64,000 nucleotides of DNA from the human T2T-CHM13v2.0 reference genome, Homo sapiens. The stretch lies in assembly GCF_009914755.1 (NCBI RefSeq), contig NC_060925.1; one strand, 5' to 3'. How positions within the stretch are numbered: position 1 is the stretch's first letter; the number at the start of each line of letters is the position of its first letter. Shown here one piece after another: positions 1 through 13,800 of this stretch. The translations under genes were made by a program, and so were the position numbers. A model generated the notes under the pieces. That model was given only the letters and a program-made list of their open reading frames with translations. It made no database searches and was not told the origin of the DNA.

Positions 1-21
1 ACTAAATAACTAATAAATAAA

Positions 22-100
22 ATATGAAAGAAGAGAAAGGAGGAAGAAAGAGACGGAAGGAGGAAGAGGAGGGAGAGAGAAAGAGGAGGGAAGGAAGGGA
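22..100. repeat. GA-rich low-complexity tract
   Basis: Purine-only runs of GAAG/GGAG. Confidence 0.8.
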
Positions 101-2099
101 GCTGAATGAGCTACCTCAGAAAACTGGCTGAAATGTTCATGAGATTGAATAATTTTATTTTTCACAATATGCTTAATGGAAGAGATATAAAATGTTTTTT
201 CCACATGGCAGTTATTTTATGTTTTTTTAACTTTATCTTGGTATGTTACTCTTGTTTACTTTCTCAGTCACTTAGAGGACTGCAAATAAGTTAATAGCAT
301 TAATTAACTTATAATAGTGTCAGATACTTAGTTTCTTGAAGGGGGAGAGAGAGAGAGAGAATGAGAGAGATTTCAAGGATATGGAAAAATCATCTAAGTA
401 TACAAAACCGGATGATAAAGGAACAATACAGTATAGTGGACCAAGGTCTGAATCTCAACTTCATCATAGTTACATGGTCTTAATTAAATCATTTACTTTT
501 TCTGAGAATCAATTATTAATAATATTATTTATTCTGGAGAAAGGAGAAAATAATATCTAATTTTTGGGTAGGCTCTTATGAAGCATAAATAAGAGTAAAT
601 ATGAAAAGCTTCCTGGTAATAAAAACCAACGAATGAAATTTTGTGTCTTATTGTATGTTAATCAACTTAAGAGTCTATCTTCATACCAAATAATCCATAC
701 ATTTTTAAAGTGTTTTACTAATCATTTTCAGATACACTATCTAGTGTGACTATCACAGCAATCCTACAAGAGAGTGAAAGAGAGTGAAAGTTCTGTCTCA
801 TTTTAGAAAGGAATCACTTAGAGTCATAGCTGTTAAACAACTAACCAGGAAGTAGGTAGCAAGGGAAGACTAAAAAACTTGGAATCCAGGTTTGCTCTCA
901 TGCATTTCATTACTTTTTACACTTTACAACAAAATTCCTGTTCATTACAAACCTCAAGCAGAATACGTTAAATATTCCAAATTTCGAATTGTTTTTCTAA
1001 GGGAAATAATTTCTTGATGAGGCCTTTTCAATAATAACACAACTTGTTTACAGAGATCAAAAATATTTTATGATTTAAAGAGATACATTTATGTTTAAAA
1101 TTGTTGAGAATCTAAAACTTTGGAGCTATTATAGATAAATTATATATATGATTTATGTACAATTTTACTTGCATTATTCTATTATGATTGAATATTACAA
1201 TCTTAAAACATACATAAGAAGGGTTTTTTCTTTTTTCTTAAAAACTAATACAAGATAAAGCAGAGTTTTGAGTCTCTCTCTCTGTCTTTCCCAGATATTT
1301 CTCCCTGTTTTCAACAAGTAACATGGTGCTTTCAGTTCAAAGATTCCAGAAAGACTCATAATTAATTGAGTATATTATTTAGTAATTTATATACTAAATT
1401 TCATGGTGTCTATAATTAAGCAATTTTTTCAAAATTATAAAAGTATAAAGAAAGTATAAAGGGAGAGTTTTAGAAGTGAAAGTTTGCCATTTTCCCAAAG
1501 AAAGTAATGGGGTGAATGGTATGAATTAATTAATCATACAAGGTGAAATTTTCAAGATCTATGATCTGCATTGTTTTAACTCCCTAACAATGACTGACTG
1601 ATCTCTATACACAATTATTGAACACTCTCTTAACTACCCCCTTTTAAATTTGGAATTCTTTGTATCTAGCATCATTCATTTGAATAATTCAATGGTATCT
1701 ATATTATTTTTTTCATTACATTTAACATTTCTCTTTTGAGAAAATGGACATAATGACATACTACAGTTTTATGTTGAATGAGTCATAAGTAAAATGTCCA
1801 TAGCGCTAAACTATGTCCCTTGACTCTAGCAGAGCTGTGAACCCACCTAACGTCTAATGGGAAAACATTTCAACCATTGTTCCAATTATAAGAGGTTTGT
1901 CAGTTCAGCTGACTTTTGTAATGTAGACATTCATCGTGCAAACCAACAGATTACTTGGACATATGAGAGATCTAACATATATTTACAATAATATAAATAT
2001 AGATATAATAAATAATATATAGATTTGATATATTTATATATACATAAAATCTAAGAATCATTAGCTCGAACTGTCTTCTCAGTTTAAATTGAGGAAGAG

Positions 2100-2393
<294 letters not shown>

Positions 2394-2474
2394 AAATTGA
2401 AGAAGAGATCATAACTAACATCTAATGACTAATCTAATGACTATTTATAAAATACTAGGCAGTGTGTTAGGTTT

Positions 2475-2505
<31 letters not shown>

Positions 2506-2517
2506 ATATATATATAT
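2475..2517. repeat. (TA)n(TG)n(TA)n compound microsatellite
   Basis: Seen directly. Confidence 0.9.
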
Positions 2518-3544
2518 CCTTAAAGAATCCTAACATCGATGCTAAATAGGTATGATTATACTCATTTTACAATGGTAGGAATTAAAGCTCCCAAGATTAA
2601 TTAACTCAAGGCTAGTAAACATAAAAAGAGTAATATAAACACAGATATATCAGAAACAAAAGCCAGTTTTTTTGTTCCATTACTACCATTGTATAAAGAG
2701 AAAACTGAGATCCAGAGAAATTAAACTAATTATCCAAAAAGACAAGCAGTATTGTCACTAGAATTTGAATAGATGTTTTTCTATTTGAATCTACTGTCTC
2801 CTGAAGGACCTAAAGTAGCTAGAAAAACATTCCACGCCAAACTTGTTGGGAATACCATAGCATACTTCAGAGTAAAGTAGATACTGTCCTACATAAATTA
2901 TATAAAAATTTTGCACATTATTCTTAGTGTGTGATTTCTAAAAACAGCTGTAAGTTCTCTTAACTAAAGTATGAATAAACATATGTATTTCATAATTATA
3001 AAGTAAATGGAAAATATGGAAAATACTGCCAATATGTTCCTCAATATCTAGTATCATTTCTTCTCATCTGTACAAACTTATTCTTTTGAAATAATAGTAT
3101 CTCTGGCTGTATTTAAATATGTATGTTTATAGTATGCAGTTAATTAAAGCTTTCTATGTCACTAGGCAGTGTTGGTTTTGAAGTTCATTTTTAAAGACCA
3201 CTAAATGTGCATTCATAGAACAATCAATCCAATCAGTGATATTAATATTTCCTCTTCTATCTTGCCTATACTTATTTAAGTGATGAATTCAATTAAGTTA
3301 GTTAAATTCCTCTTTCCCAGCAAAACATTTTCTTGGAAAAGTGATCGATTTTTCCATATTTGCATAAACAATTCCCAAGTAAGAGCTTGTGATGATACAT
3401 TGAATAGAAAATAAAATTTCAAAGAAATTTTGTTTTCTTTTTAATTATGCCAACAGATTACTATTACTTTATTAACTGTTTATGAAAATATGGTATTCTG
3501 TAAGAATGTACAATATAATCAGTTAAAAGCCAACATCTATCCTA

Positions 3545-4650
3545 TAGCTTCTGCTGCTGGCAATGATAGAGTAATAGGTACCAGATTTACTACCCCATCC
3601 TACTCCACTCCCAAAACAACAACAACAACAAAAATGACAACATACGCACACACAAAAATATTTTAAGGTGATGAACATGAGACAACAAAGGATGGCAATT
3701 CCTGAGAAACGAGAAACAAATGAGGTGAACCTACAACTGCCTCAGTTTATTCTTACTGTTTTGAGAAAATTTCCCACAGTCAGGAAAAACAGATGAAGCC
3801 TGACAGACTGAATGGAGAAGGCACAGAGATGAGTGTCTGAAAAGACAAAAACAGCAAGCATTCACACAACACAGAATTAGGGAGAAGAAAGCGGCACAGA
3901 TAATAGATTCCAGAGATCAGTAGATATTCTCCCTTAAGCACTCAGCTGACCCTTGATTAACATATGTATGTTAGGAAACTATTCAAGGCTGAGGAAAGAA
4001 CCAATGGCAATGGTGCCTGGCCCTAACACAAATCCAGGAATTGTGCTTGAACTAACCTAGAAAACCTCAAGATTCCGAGAGCACTGGTTAGAGTCCTCAC
4101 AAGGGTCTTGCCTCAGTGATGGGGAATAAGTCCTAGACTGAGCATTGCTCTGGTACTGCCTAACTTAAAAGCAAGACCCAAAAGGATCAAACTGTCTCCA
4201 AATATTCTAAAACAAAGCTCAAGAATATTTATGGAAATCCAAAATATCTGACAAAAAAGTAGAATTCATAATACTCTCAACCCAATAAAAATTATTAGAA
4301 ATGCAAAGAAGCAAAAAAATATAATACACTAACATTTTAAACTCTTTCTCTGTTTCTCATGCATGTTATTTTAAAACGTGTAATTTTTTTTTTATTAGGA
4401 AAACCAGGCAATGAGAAATGAAATCTGCACTGCTTTTAGCACATTATGGGATTTTACTTAATGCTATACTTTCTGCTGTAGTAGCTCATTGATATAGTAC
4501 AGTGCTCAAAGAAAAGTGCTATTGATATTTTTTAAGTATTTTCATTTGGAATCAAAATTAGGAAACCTGCAGTCTTACCACACTCCATAGTTAGGAAAAA
4601 AAACAATCAGTTGTAACCGATCCAGAACGGACAGGATGTTAGATAGCACA
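3545..4650 (+). mobile_element. Old L1M 5' UTR/ORF1-start fragment (interrupted ~4333-4590)
   Basis: A-rich degenerate sequence resembling L1M 5' ends and the ORF1 start (atgcaaagaagca... gatccagaa...gatgttaga). Confidence 0.5.
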
Positions 4651-5239
4651 GAAAGACAACAAGAAGCACCTCAGTACCTGGAAAGACAAGTCACTCAGGG
4701 AACTGGGAGCCTTGAACGCGGAGAAAGGATTGGTGCAAAAAATAGAATGGCTGCAAAGTCTCTTAGAACCAACACCTCCTTCTTCACCACACAGAATTAT
4801 GCAAATATCACTCCCTGACCTCACAGAGCACTGGAGGATGAAACAGACTAGCTGTAGATCAGAGTGGGCCAGGAAGGAAAGAAATTAGGAAGGGGAGTTG
4901 GCACTTCTGCTTATGTTAAAGTCTACCTACTGCAGGGGCTATGTTAAAGTCCACACATTGCAACTTAACGTATGAAGAATTCTTTTACAATTAAGCCTCT
5001 AGAAGATAGAACATTAGAGAATTCAAATCTAGAGGGACTGACCAAAGAGACTAAAAATATTGGCATTCGGGATTTGGATGGGAGGAGAGGGAGTGACAAG
5101 GAAATAATCAGCTACCCCCCATGTCACCCACAGTAAAATCCTCAGGCAACAAATCCTGTCGATTCATAAAGAGCTTCCAATTATTTTTTTGTATTAGAGT
5201 GAAATGAAATAGCATTCAATTAACATTTTTTAGAGTTTA

Positions 5240-5520
5240 TTATAAAGACTTTATTTTTTAGACCACTTTTATGTTCACAGCAAAATGGAGAGGAAAGTAC
5301 AGAGATTTTTCATATAATCCCTAGCTCTACACAAGTGTAGTTTCCCTCATTATCAGTATCCCTCTCCACGAAGGTACAGTTGTTATGACGGATGAGCCTA
5401 CCTTGACACATCACAATCACCCAAAGCCCATAGTTTACATTAGGGTTCACTCGTGGTACTGCACAACGTATGGGTTTGGACAAAGGTACAATGACATGTT
5501 ATCCATGTCATATAGATTAT
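5240..5520 (-). mobile_element. L1MC/MD-type 3' end fragment
   Basis: ttcacagcaaaatggagaggaaagtacagag...ccatagtttacattagggttcactc matches the antisense L1M 3' UTR. Confidence 0.75.
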
Positions 5521-5547
5521 TTTCCTTTTTCCCCCATTTTGTATACA

Positions 5548-6140
<593 letters not shown>

Positions 6141-8509
6141 CCCAGTTAAATTTTTAAAAAGACCTACACTAAAGTACAGCATCATGAAATATCAGAAAAG
6201 TGGTGATACAGCTTTCATTGGTGATACAGCTTTCATTGGCTGGAAGCAAGTCTCATTCGAATGTTCATGGTCCTCTCAATAGAAACATGGAAAGATAAAA
6301 GAATGGAAAAATGGCTTCCACATTCTGACAGAAAATAATTTTCCAACCTAGAAATGTTTCCATTCATGTGGAAAGGTAGAATAAAAAGATTTTCAGACAT
6401 GCACAAGCTCAAAACTTTTCCTCCTGAAACCATTTCTAGGGAAGCTTCTGGAAAATGTGCTTCACCAATACAAAAGAATAAACAAATCCAGCAAATAGGA
6501 CACTCAAGTAAAGAAAGTGAAGAGCATTCCTAAGATAATGGATTTATTATGAATGGAAGTCCCAGCTCCAGAAATACTAAATGGAAGAAATAATAGAATG
6601 GAAGCCCCAGCTCAACAGAGAAAAAAGTGATAAACAATCCCACAGAAATGTGGGTACAGAATGAAGCTTGAAGATGGTTCAGTGGGAGGGGAGGGAGTTC
6701 CTGAGTAACTCCACAGAAGAGAACCACGGAGGATCTGAGAGTGTTTCTTTCCACAGCATAACCTGGACCTTCCCCACAGGTACACTGTCTGATGTGTTTG
6801 ATTACCCTGAGAAAGGCTTTATAGTTCTACCACAGTGCTTGGTGAAACACTATCAATAGGTAACTAGAAAACTTAGCAGACAACAAAATGAAAATGTGTA
6901 TATACTTAGAAACAAAGACAGTTGAATAAGAAAATGATAATCATAATACTCATTACTCAGTTCTGAGCAAAACTGAAATAGTCATATAATATGCATACAT
7001 GGTATTGCTCTAAACAAAAATAATTACTGTATTGGAAGAATGGGGAGTGAGATGTGTGTTGTGATGGTATAGTTAGACTGCTAAATCCTTATATTTCATA
7101 GTAGGAAGTCAATGAATACTCCCTCAAATTGAGAAACTGTGAAACTGACTATAGAGAATAAAAGCAGGGAAAAACACTCAAAAGGCTTCAAAGTGTTTCT
7201 TTCTGAAAAGTACATCATGGAAAAGCTGACAAGGTGAAGGCAGGGGCCAGATGGTTTTTGTTATTGTTGTTTTACTTGTTCTTGTTTTCTTGTAAGCCTT
7301 CTAATAATAGCTGATTTTTGAGCTATGTACAATCATTATTTTGGCAAGAACATTTTTTAAAGAACAGGTAATTTCTTCTCAAGAAATCATCTTGACTATA
7401 GCTGCTACAGCTATTTACAAAACGTACAGTTTTTTTTTCAGAAAATTAAACATTGAAATATTAGTATATATGTGATATAGTCATTCTTTTAGCATTTTTA
7501 CCTTTCTGTACCACATAGGCTTAGAATAAGATCACATAAATGCTAATCTGTGGCAAGAAAATATGGGTCAGATTGTAGTGTTTCGCTTTTTTTATTGTCA
7601 TAGAAAAATTATTCTTACATGATACTTGAGGAGTAGGAAATATTTATTCTTAGAAGTTAATTTTGTAACCTCCAAATTCCATATGCCTATAAATATCTAG
7701 ATCTGGACCAGTTTAGTAAAAAAAGTTCTATTTTTATATATGTGAAATACACATGTATATTCCAAACTAAGCAAAAATAAAACATTAAATTTAATAAAGG
7801 GTTTTACTTGCTCTTTACTGAAAATGAATGCCACCGGGTGAATATTGCCCCATTTTTTTCTGTCCCTTATTCCCTGAGGCTATTCCAAAATTTCAATATA
7901 ATGAAGTTAACACAATACAAAGTCCTCTCAGTGGCCGACTCACTCTAGAGACATTCCACAAGTATCCTAAGGAGATGGGGGAAAGATGGAGGGGAAACTG
8001 TTATTAGTAAGAACATATTTTCTTTCATTTATTTATAAAAACTTTCCAAAAAGAGAAAGAAATCCCACTCAAGCATAAATTAACTTCAGTTCATTTTAAA
8101 AGTATTTACTAAAAGCTGTCATAAAAATATATCAAATTCACTTTCTTCCATTACTTATGTTTTGAAAACTAAGTCTTTCATTTTGTTGTTCTCCTATTTA
8201 AATTATAGTAGATGTGTACAACATGAATAGACAGATGACAGCTGGATAATAGGCATCACAAATGCCTCTATGTTCACATTTCAGGAAAATTATGTCTTTC
8301 ATAAGAAAATTCTGTGGGAGAACCAATAATACTGCCAGTTCTTCAGGTAGACTTTAAAAAGTCTTATCATATATTTCAAAACCAACATGTATGTATTTAA
8401 TATTTACTTATCAACTTCTCTCCATATGCCAGTACAACGCCAACTTTTTTAGGAAAATCAACAAAGACCCTCATCTCCACCTTCCCTTCCTACATCTTAG
8501 TATCCCCTT

Positions 8510-8700
8510 CCAGCAAGCCTAATGGCCAAGAAAAACAGGGTTCAAGTTCCTGGCTCTGCCATTTTCTAGCTTTGTAATCACCAACGGATTACTTAACTTC
8601 TCTATGCCTGTTTCTTCAGCTGTACAATGGGGATAATATTATGCTTTCTCGTTGGGCATGTAAAGTACTTGGAAGAATGCTAGTAAAAAGTAATGTTATA
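8510..8700 (+). mobile_element. MIR
   Basis: gggttcaagttcctggctctgcca...ttacttaacttctctatgcctgtttcttcagctgtacaatggggataat core. Confidence 0.75.
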
Positions 8701-8762
8701 TGCATGTTCTCTTAAGGAGCTAAAGATCCATGAATAGATTTCAACTTGACATGCGCAAAAAA

Positions 8763-8831
8763 TGCAATGTCTAATTTGAGCACCTTTGGTATTTTTGATG
8801 AATACCGAAGGTGTTCAAATTAGGCACTGCA
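8763..8831 (-). ncRNA. MIR4735: pre-miRNA MIR4735 hairpin (intronic, sense to KCNT2)
   Basis: 69-nt inverted repeat with 31-bp arms, a 7-nt loop and 4 transition differences. Minus-strand arms contain CCUAAUUUGAACACCUUCGGUA (8803-8824) and AAAGGUGCUCAAAUUAGACAU (8767-8787), matching my recollection of miR-4735-5p and -3p, a miRNA known to lie in KCNT2. Confidence 0.88.
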
Positions 8832-9222
8832 ATTTTATGCAAGCAGGGAAGATAAACTTGCAGAAGTGGAGCTGAGATTTTTAGAAGTTTGGAAGGGTTG
8901 GTTAGAATGATAGAGGGCAAGTTTTGTAGCTGCCTTATAAGGTCAAGTTCCCAATTTCTTCAGTCCTGGCCACTACCTTAGTGCCTCCACAAACACCCAA
9001 GATACAGCAGCATTGACAGCATTGACTAGGCTTGGTTCAAACACTGAGTCCTTTGAATTATTCTCTCACCACCAATTCATTTACATTTCAGTGATGCATC
9101 AGGCAAGGATACAGATGAACCATGTCACCTGCTTCAGCTTGTCCAAACTAAATAAAGTAGAACAAATAGAGTACAATAAAGGTTTGAAAAGCATAAAATA
9201 CAGAAGATAATACAGATTGCAT

Positions 9223-9283
9223 AGGATTATAAAATATAATTATACAGGATTATAAAATATAATTATACAGGATTATAAAATAC
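9223..9283. repeat. 23-bp tandem repeat, ~2.6 copies
   Basis: aggattataaaatataattatac x2 plus a partial copy. Confidence 0.9.
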
Positions 9284-9419
9284 AGAGATTTGCATAGCGA
9301 AAAAGCCTTCCTAAAATGCTGAGATAAAGATTATGTAAGTGATAACTGGTCAAAAAATAGGTGAATATCATGTGACATGTAGAGGTGGAGTGGGATGTCT
9401 TCAGAGGTTGTTATTCATT

Positions 9420-10200
9420 CCAGAGAGAGGAATTGTCCAATGGCAGCCAGAAGGAAGACCTGAGGCAGAAAAATTAAAACACCTCTCAAGAGTTCAGATG
9501 AGAAAGGCAGGCACATTAATTAGAAGCGTAATAATTAAAATGGACTCATGAGGACAACAATTTGAGCCATCTATGAATTGAATCAATGAGATCTGTAGTG
9601 AACCAAGCTTTAAAAAGAATTTAATAATCCAGCCTTGGGTGGCTAGTTGTATGTTGGTACCATATTTAAACACAAAAAATACCAGAGGGTAAATAGTTTC
9701 AAAGAGATGACAAAATTAATTTTGGACACTGTGGATTGAAATGTCTGCTGAACATGAAAAGACACCCAGTGGAAAGCAGTCTATATAGTTTTAGAGCTCT
9801 GCACAGAGAAGTAAGACAAATATCATGATTTGGAAATCATCAACATATAATTACATTTATTGAAGTTTAAACAAAGCAAACTAGAAATGAAAAGAGCAAA
9901 GAACCAAGGAAGAATCCTTGATAAAACATAATTTTTAGTGCTAAATAAAAGAAGGGAAGACTGTAAAGGAGAACTAGGATAAGATGAGTAGGACATAAAA
10001 CAAAGAAGAATGATATCATAGAAATCAAGAGAAGGAAGTTTCAAGAAAGAGGAGGAGAATCAGAAAAAAAAAATTGTTCATTGGACCTGGCATGAAAAAG
10101 ATCATCAGAAATTTTAAGAGAAACGTAAGTAGAGCCATAGGGCAGAAGAAAGAATGCACAAGATAGAAGAGTAAATAAGAGCCAGGAAAGAAAAGTTCAG
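9420..10200 (-). mobile_element. L2 fragment
   Basis: Purine-rich antisense L2-like blocks (tttggacactgtggattgaaatgtctg, gatttggaaatcatcaacatata, ttggacctggcatgaaaaagatcat). Confidence 0.6.
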
Positions 10201-10517
10201 GTTAAAAATGGGTGGAAAGCATGGAAATATATAGGGTACTGAAGGTCTTGATGATATGTAAAAATGAATCAGTTTGGTGTTAGTAAGGAAGTGTGAACAC
10301 TGAAAGGACAAGTTAGAGTTACATGGTGGGATGTTGCCACATAAGTTTCCAGAAGTAGAGCAATCTTGGTCATACTCAGGTCCAGCCTAACAAGAGGGTG
10401 CCAGGCAGAATTGGATATAAAAGTCACCAAACTAAAGGAACTATAAAGGCAGGGTCTGGAACAGGGTATTACCTGGGCAAAGAATGCGAAAACAATGATA
10501 CTAGCATCTGGAATTAA

Positions 10518-10565
10518 GATAAAATAAAATAAAATAAAATAAAATAAAATAAAATAAAATAAAAA
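10518..10565. repeat. (TAAAA)n microsatellite
   Basis: About 9 perfect pentamer units. Confidence 0.95.
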
Positions 10566-12338
10566 GAATAGAAGCTCCCGCCCAAACCCTCCATAACTGT
10601 GGAGGAATCACCAAAGGTTGACAAAACACAGTGACAAGAAAAAAGCAAAGGCTGTAATAAATAACATACGCCTCAAATAAGGGGAAATGTAATGGTGTAT
10701 AATTTGTAAGAAGAGGGGTAACACATTTCCAAACCTGTGATATATGGGGAGCAGTATGAAAATGAGCAGCTTTTATTAAAAAGATTCTAATGTTACAGTT
10801 TGTTTCCTATTCAAATTAACAAATGGATGAACTCTCCTTGAAAAAACTGAAGGTGCTGGAAAATTTATTTGTAAGGGTGCACGTATTCCAAGAGGCTTAG
10901 AAGAAAAGATTAGCAGAGAGGGGCATGCCTGGACCATTAAATCAACAGAGTATGAGGATGAGACAGAAAGAGTACAGATGAATGAACATATTCTCAGAAA
11001 AGTATATTGTCAAACATTGTAGTAACTAGAAATAATGTTGTCAAGAGAAAATTCCTGTCAACTTTTATATCAGATTTTATTTTAATAGTAAATATATAAG
11101 CTTTGCTAGAAAAAGAACCTTGGGACTCAGGAGGAAGTTAATTAGCTTGAAGATTCCAAATGGAATTTGGGTTAAATTTTACCCAAGTACAAATATGATT
11201 CATGATTTATCACCCAGTCTAATATTCAGGAGACTTTGCCCAGGGTTCCAAACAAAACATTTTGTTTGTTTGTTTGGGGGTGGGGTTTGCAAAGATGAAC
11301 TCCGAATGGAGAGGGTGCTTCCAGTAGGCGTGGGTCCCATGAAAAAGAGTCAGCACACATGTGTTCTGCTCAGAACAAGGACCATTCACAGGCAGAAGAG
11401 GCTTATCATTCAGTATTTGCCAAGCATTTATTATTTTCAAGTATGAGTACAATACGATGTAGAAGAGACTTGGAGTCTAGTTGGAGAAACTGCAGATATT
11501 TAAAAAATGACAACTCAAGGGAGTAGTTATAAAAATGAAATAATAAGCGCAAAAACTGAGACTAGGAAGAAAGCTCAGTAGTGAGGAAGAGGCAAAAGGA
11601 AGATCAGAAAATTAAAAACTAGCTATAACCTTAAGATACTAGGCAATCCTGTTCTGTGTCAAACACTTTACACAAATTATCTCTTCAAAGAGAGGATGGG
11701 ACTTGACTTACACATCAAGTAACTGGTAGTGAGTAAATAAACTGTGAAGAGAGGAAAAGAAACGTTTCCTCTAAAGGTTTTCTACACATATATTTAATTT
11801 ATATTTTGATTATTGGACCACACATATTTATCTAAACAATTAATACTAATGAATTCTCTTTGTCATTCCACTCAGTCGATAATTCAATTGCCCAAATAAA
11901 TGGAATGGATGGGTCAATTTAGTGGAAATAACTGAGCTATTTATTACAGCCAAGAGGAAGCTAACTAATTAAAAAAAACATTATAGAGATCACAAAACGA
12001 ATTTGATGACTCACAAATAACAGAGCAAGAAAGAGAATGGGATTATTTTAGAGTATTTTTTTCTTGTAATCAAAAAAGAAAAGGACATTCACTCACTCAT
12101 CCATTAGGTTTGTCAGTGTAATTCCTTGGACATAGTCTTAGCAATTCATAGACTGAAAATGGAATAGCTCATCTAGAAGTACAGGATTTAAAACTTTAGA
12201 TACACTCATACTTTCAAGTACTTTAGTTTTTATAGCCCATCAGTTACATTTTATAGAGGCAATAAACATAAATGAAACTTTTTTTATTAAATGCACATAA
12301 ATCTCAACTCTATTGAACTCTTAATTATATAATTAGCA

Positions 12339-12660
12339 GGCCAAGCATGATGACTCATGTCTATAATCCCAGAACTTTGGGAGGCCAAAGTGGCAGATAT
12401 CTTGAGCTCCTTGAACTCAGGAGTTTGAGACCAGCCTGCGCAACATGGCAAAACCCCATCTCTATTTAAAAAAATACAAAAAATTATCCAGGCGTAGTGG
12501 CAAGTGCCTGTGGTCCCAGCTACTTGGGAGGCTGAGACAGGAGGATCACTTCAGCCCCAGTGGCACAGATTGCATTGAGCTGAGATTCTGCTGCTACACT
12601 CCAACCTGGGTAATAGAGTGAGACTCTGTTTCAAAATAAGGAAATTAATTAATTAATATG
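12339..12660 (+). mobile_element. Alu (AluJ-type)
   Basis: Diverged dimer; TSD atataattagca at 12327-12338 and 12662-12673; small internal duplication cttgagctc/cttgaactc. Confidence 0.9.
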
Positions 12661-13559
12661 CATATAATTAGCAGATTAATCAAGCCCTTCACTTCTTTTC
12701 TTGCTGCTAAATTCCCCATTTTGTTGTTTTATTTAAAAATCTCATGGGGTTTTTAAACTCTTGATTTAAAGTTTTAAAACTATCAGTAATATTATTAAGA
12801 ATTCAATCATTTTGGGGAAAATTTGTTTGACACTAGTCAATTGATAATCTAGACATCTCCTGCTGCTAGAATAATAAGAATTCTTACCTGTATTATTATT
12901 CGTTTCTGTTATCATTAATAAGAGTACCTGATTTATCATTGAGTCACTTTCTTACTCTGCTATTGGAAAACCCAATATCAAACCACATTTTCTACTATGA
13001 AACATGAGTTTTCAGGAAGACAAGTAGAAAGAAATAGTCAGAGGCAAATAATTTAGAGGCTACTAACATTAAAATCAAGAGGATTAAAAAAAACAACAAC
13101 AACAACTCTAAGTAGTACAATTTACAATCTCTTCCACCATATCTTACCATTACAAACTATATATTCTTCGTGTTCCTCCCCTGAGCTCTTATTTTATTGA
13201 TAAAATGTGTCCACATTGAATAATAATCACAATATTTAATAAGTGCTAATAGGAGAACAGAACTCTTGCTTTCCACAAGTATGAGAGAAAAAATATTTGA
13301 CGTGAAGCTTGACTCTCTAAAACTCAATTAGCATAATATCATTCAAATGGACTGAGTTTATGAAACATGAAGAGCAATAAACTTCTGCTGTGATGATTCT
13401 ACTTTCCTCAAAGCAACTTACTGAAATATAGAAAATATTCGAATCATGGAAAAAATTTGAATAAAATTTTAACAAGAACTGGCACTTTATACACTTAATG
13501 TGTTTTCAAAAATATTTTTTCCAAATCCTAAAAAATCAAATAACAACATATTGATGACT

Positions 13560-13800
13560 TCTAAAGACTAAGAAGGTATCATTTAGCAGTAATTATTACC
13601 TAGCACTGAGCTAAGGAATTTTCATAAATTATCTATTACCTACCAACAGCAGTAAAATTATTATCTTCATTTTGCAGATGAGAGCACTGACAACTAGAGA
13701 GATTACATAATTGCCCAAGACCATACAGTTACTAAACGCTGGAAGAGGGACCAAACTCATCAGAAAGAGTTGGTTAAGATTTTATACCCTCAACAGCTCT
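13560..13800 (-). mobile_element. MIR
   Basis: attatcttcattttgcagatgagagcactga...agagagattacataattgcccaagaccatacag. Confidence 0.7.

Noticed and set aside
9223-9283. CRISPR-like reading of short repeats here and at 15250-15305 and 59316-59414
   Set aside because: Head-to-tail repeats with no unique spacers, no cas genes, and a human genomic context.
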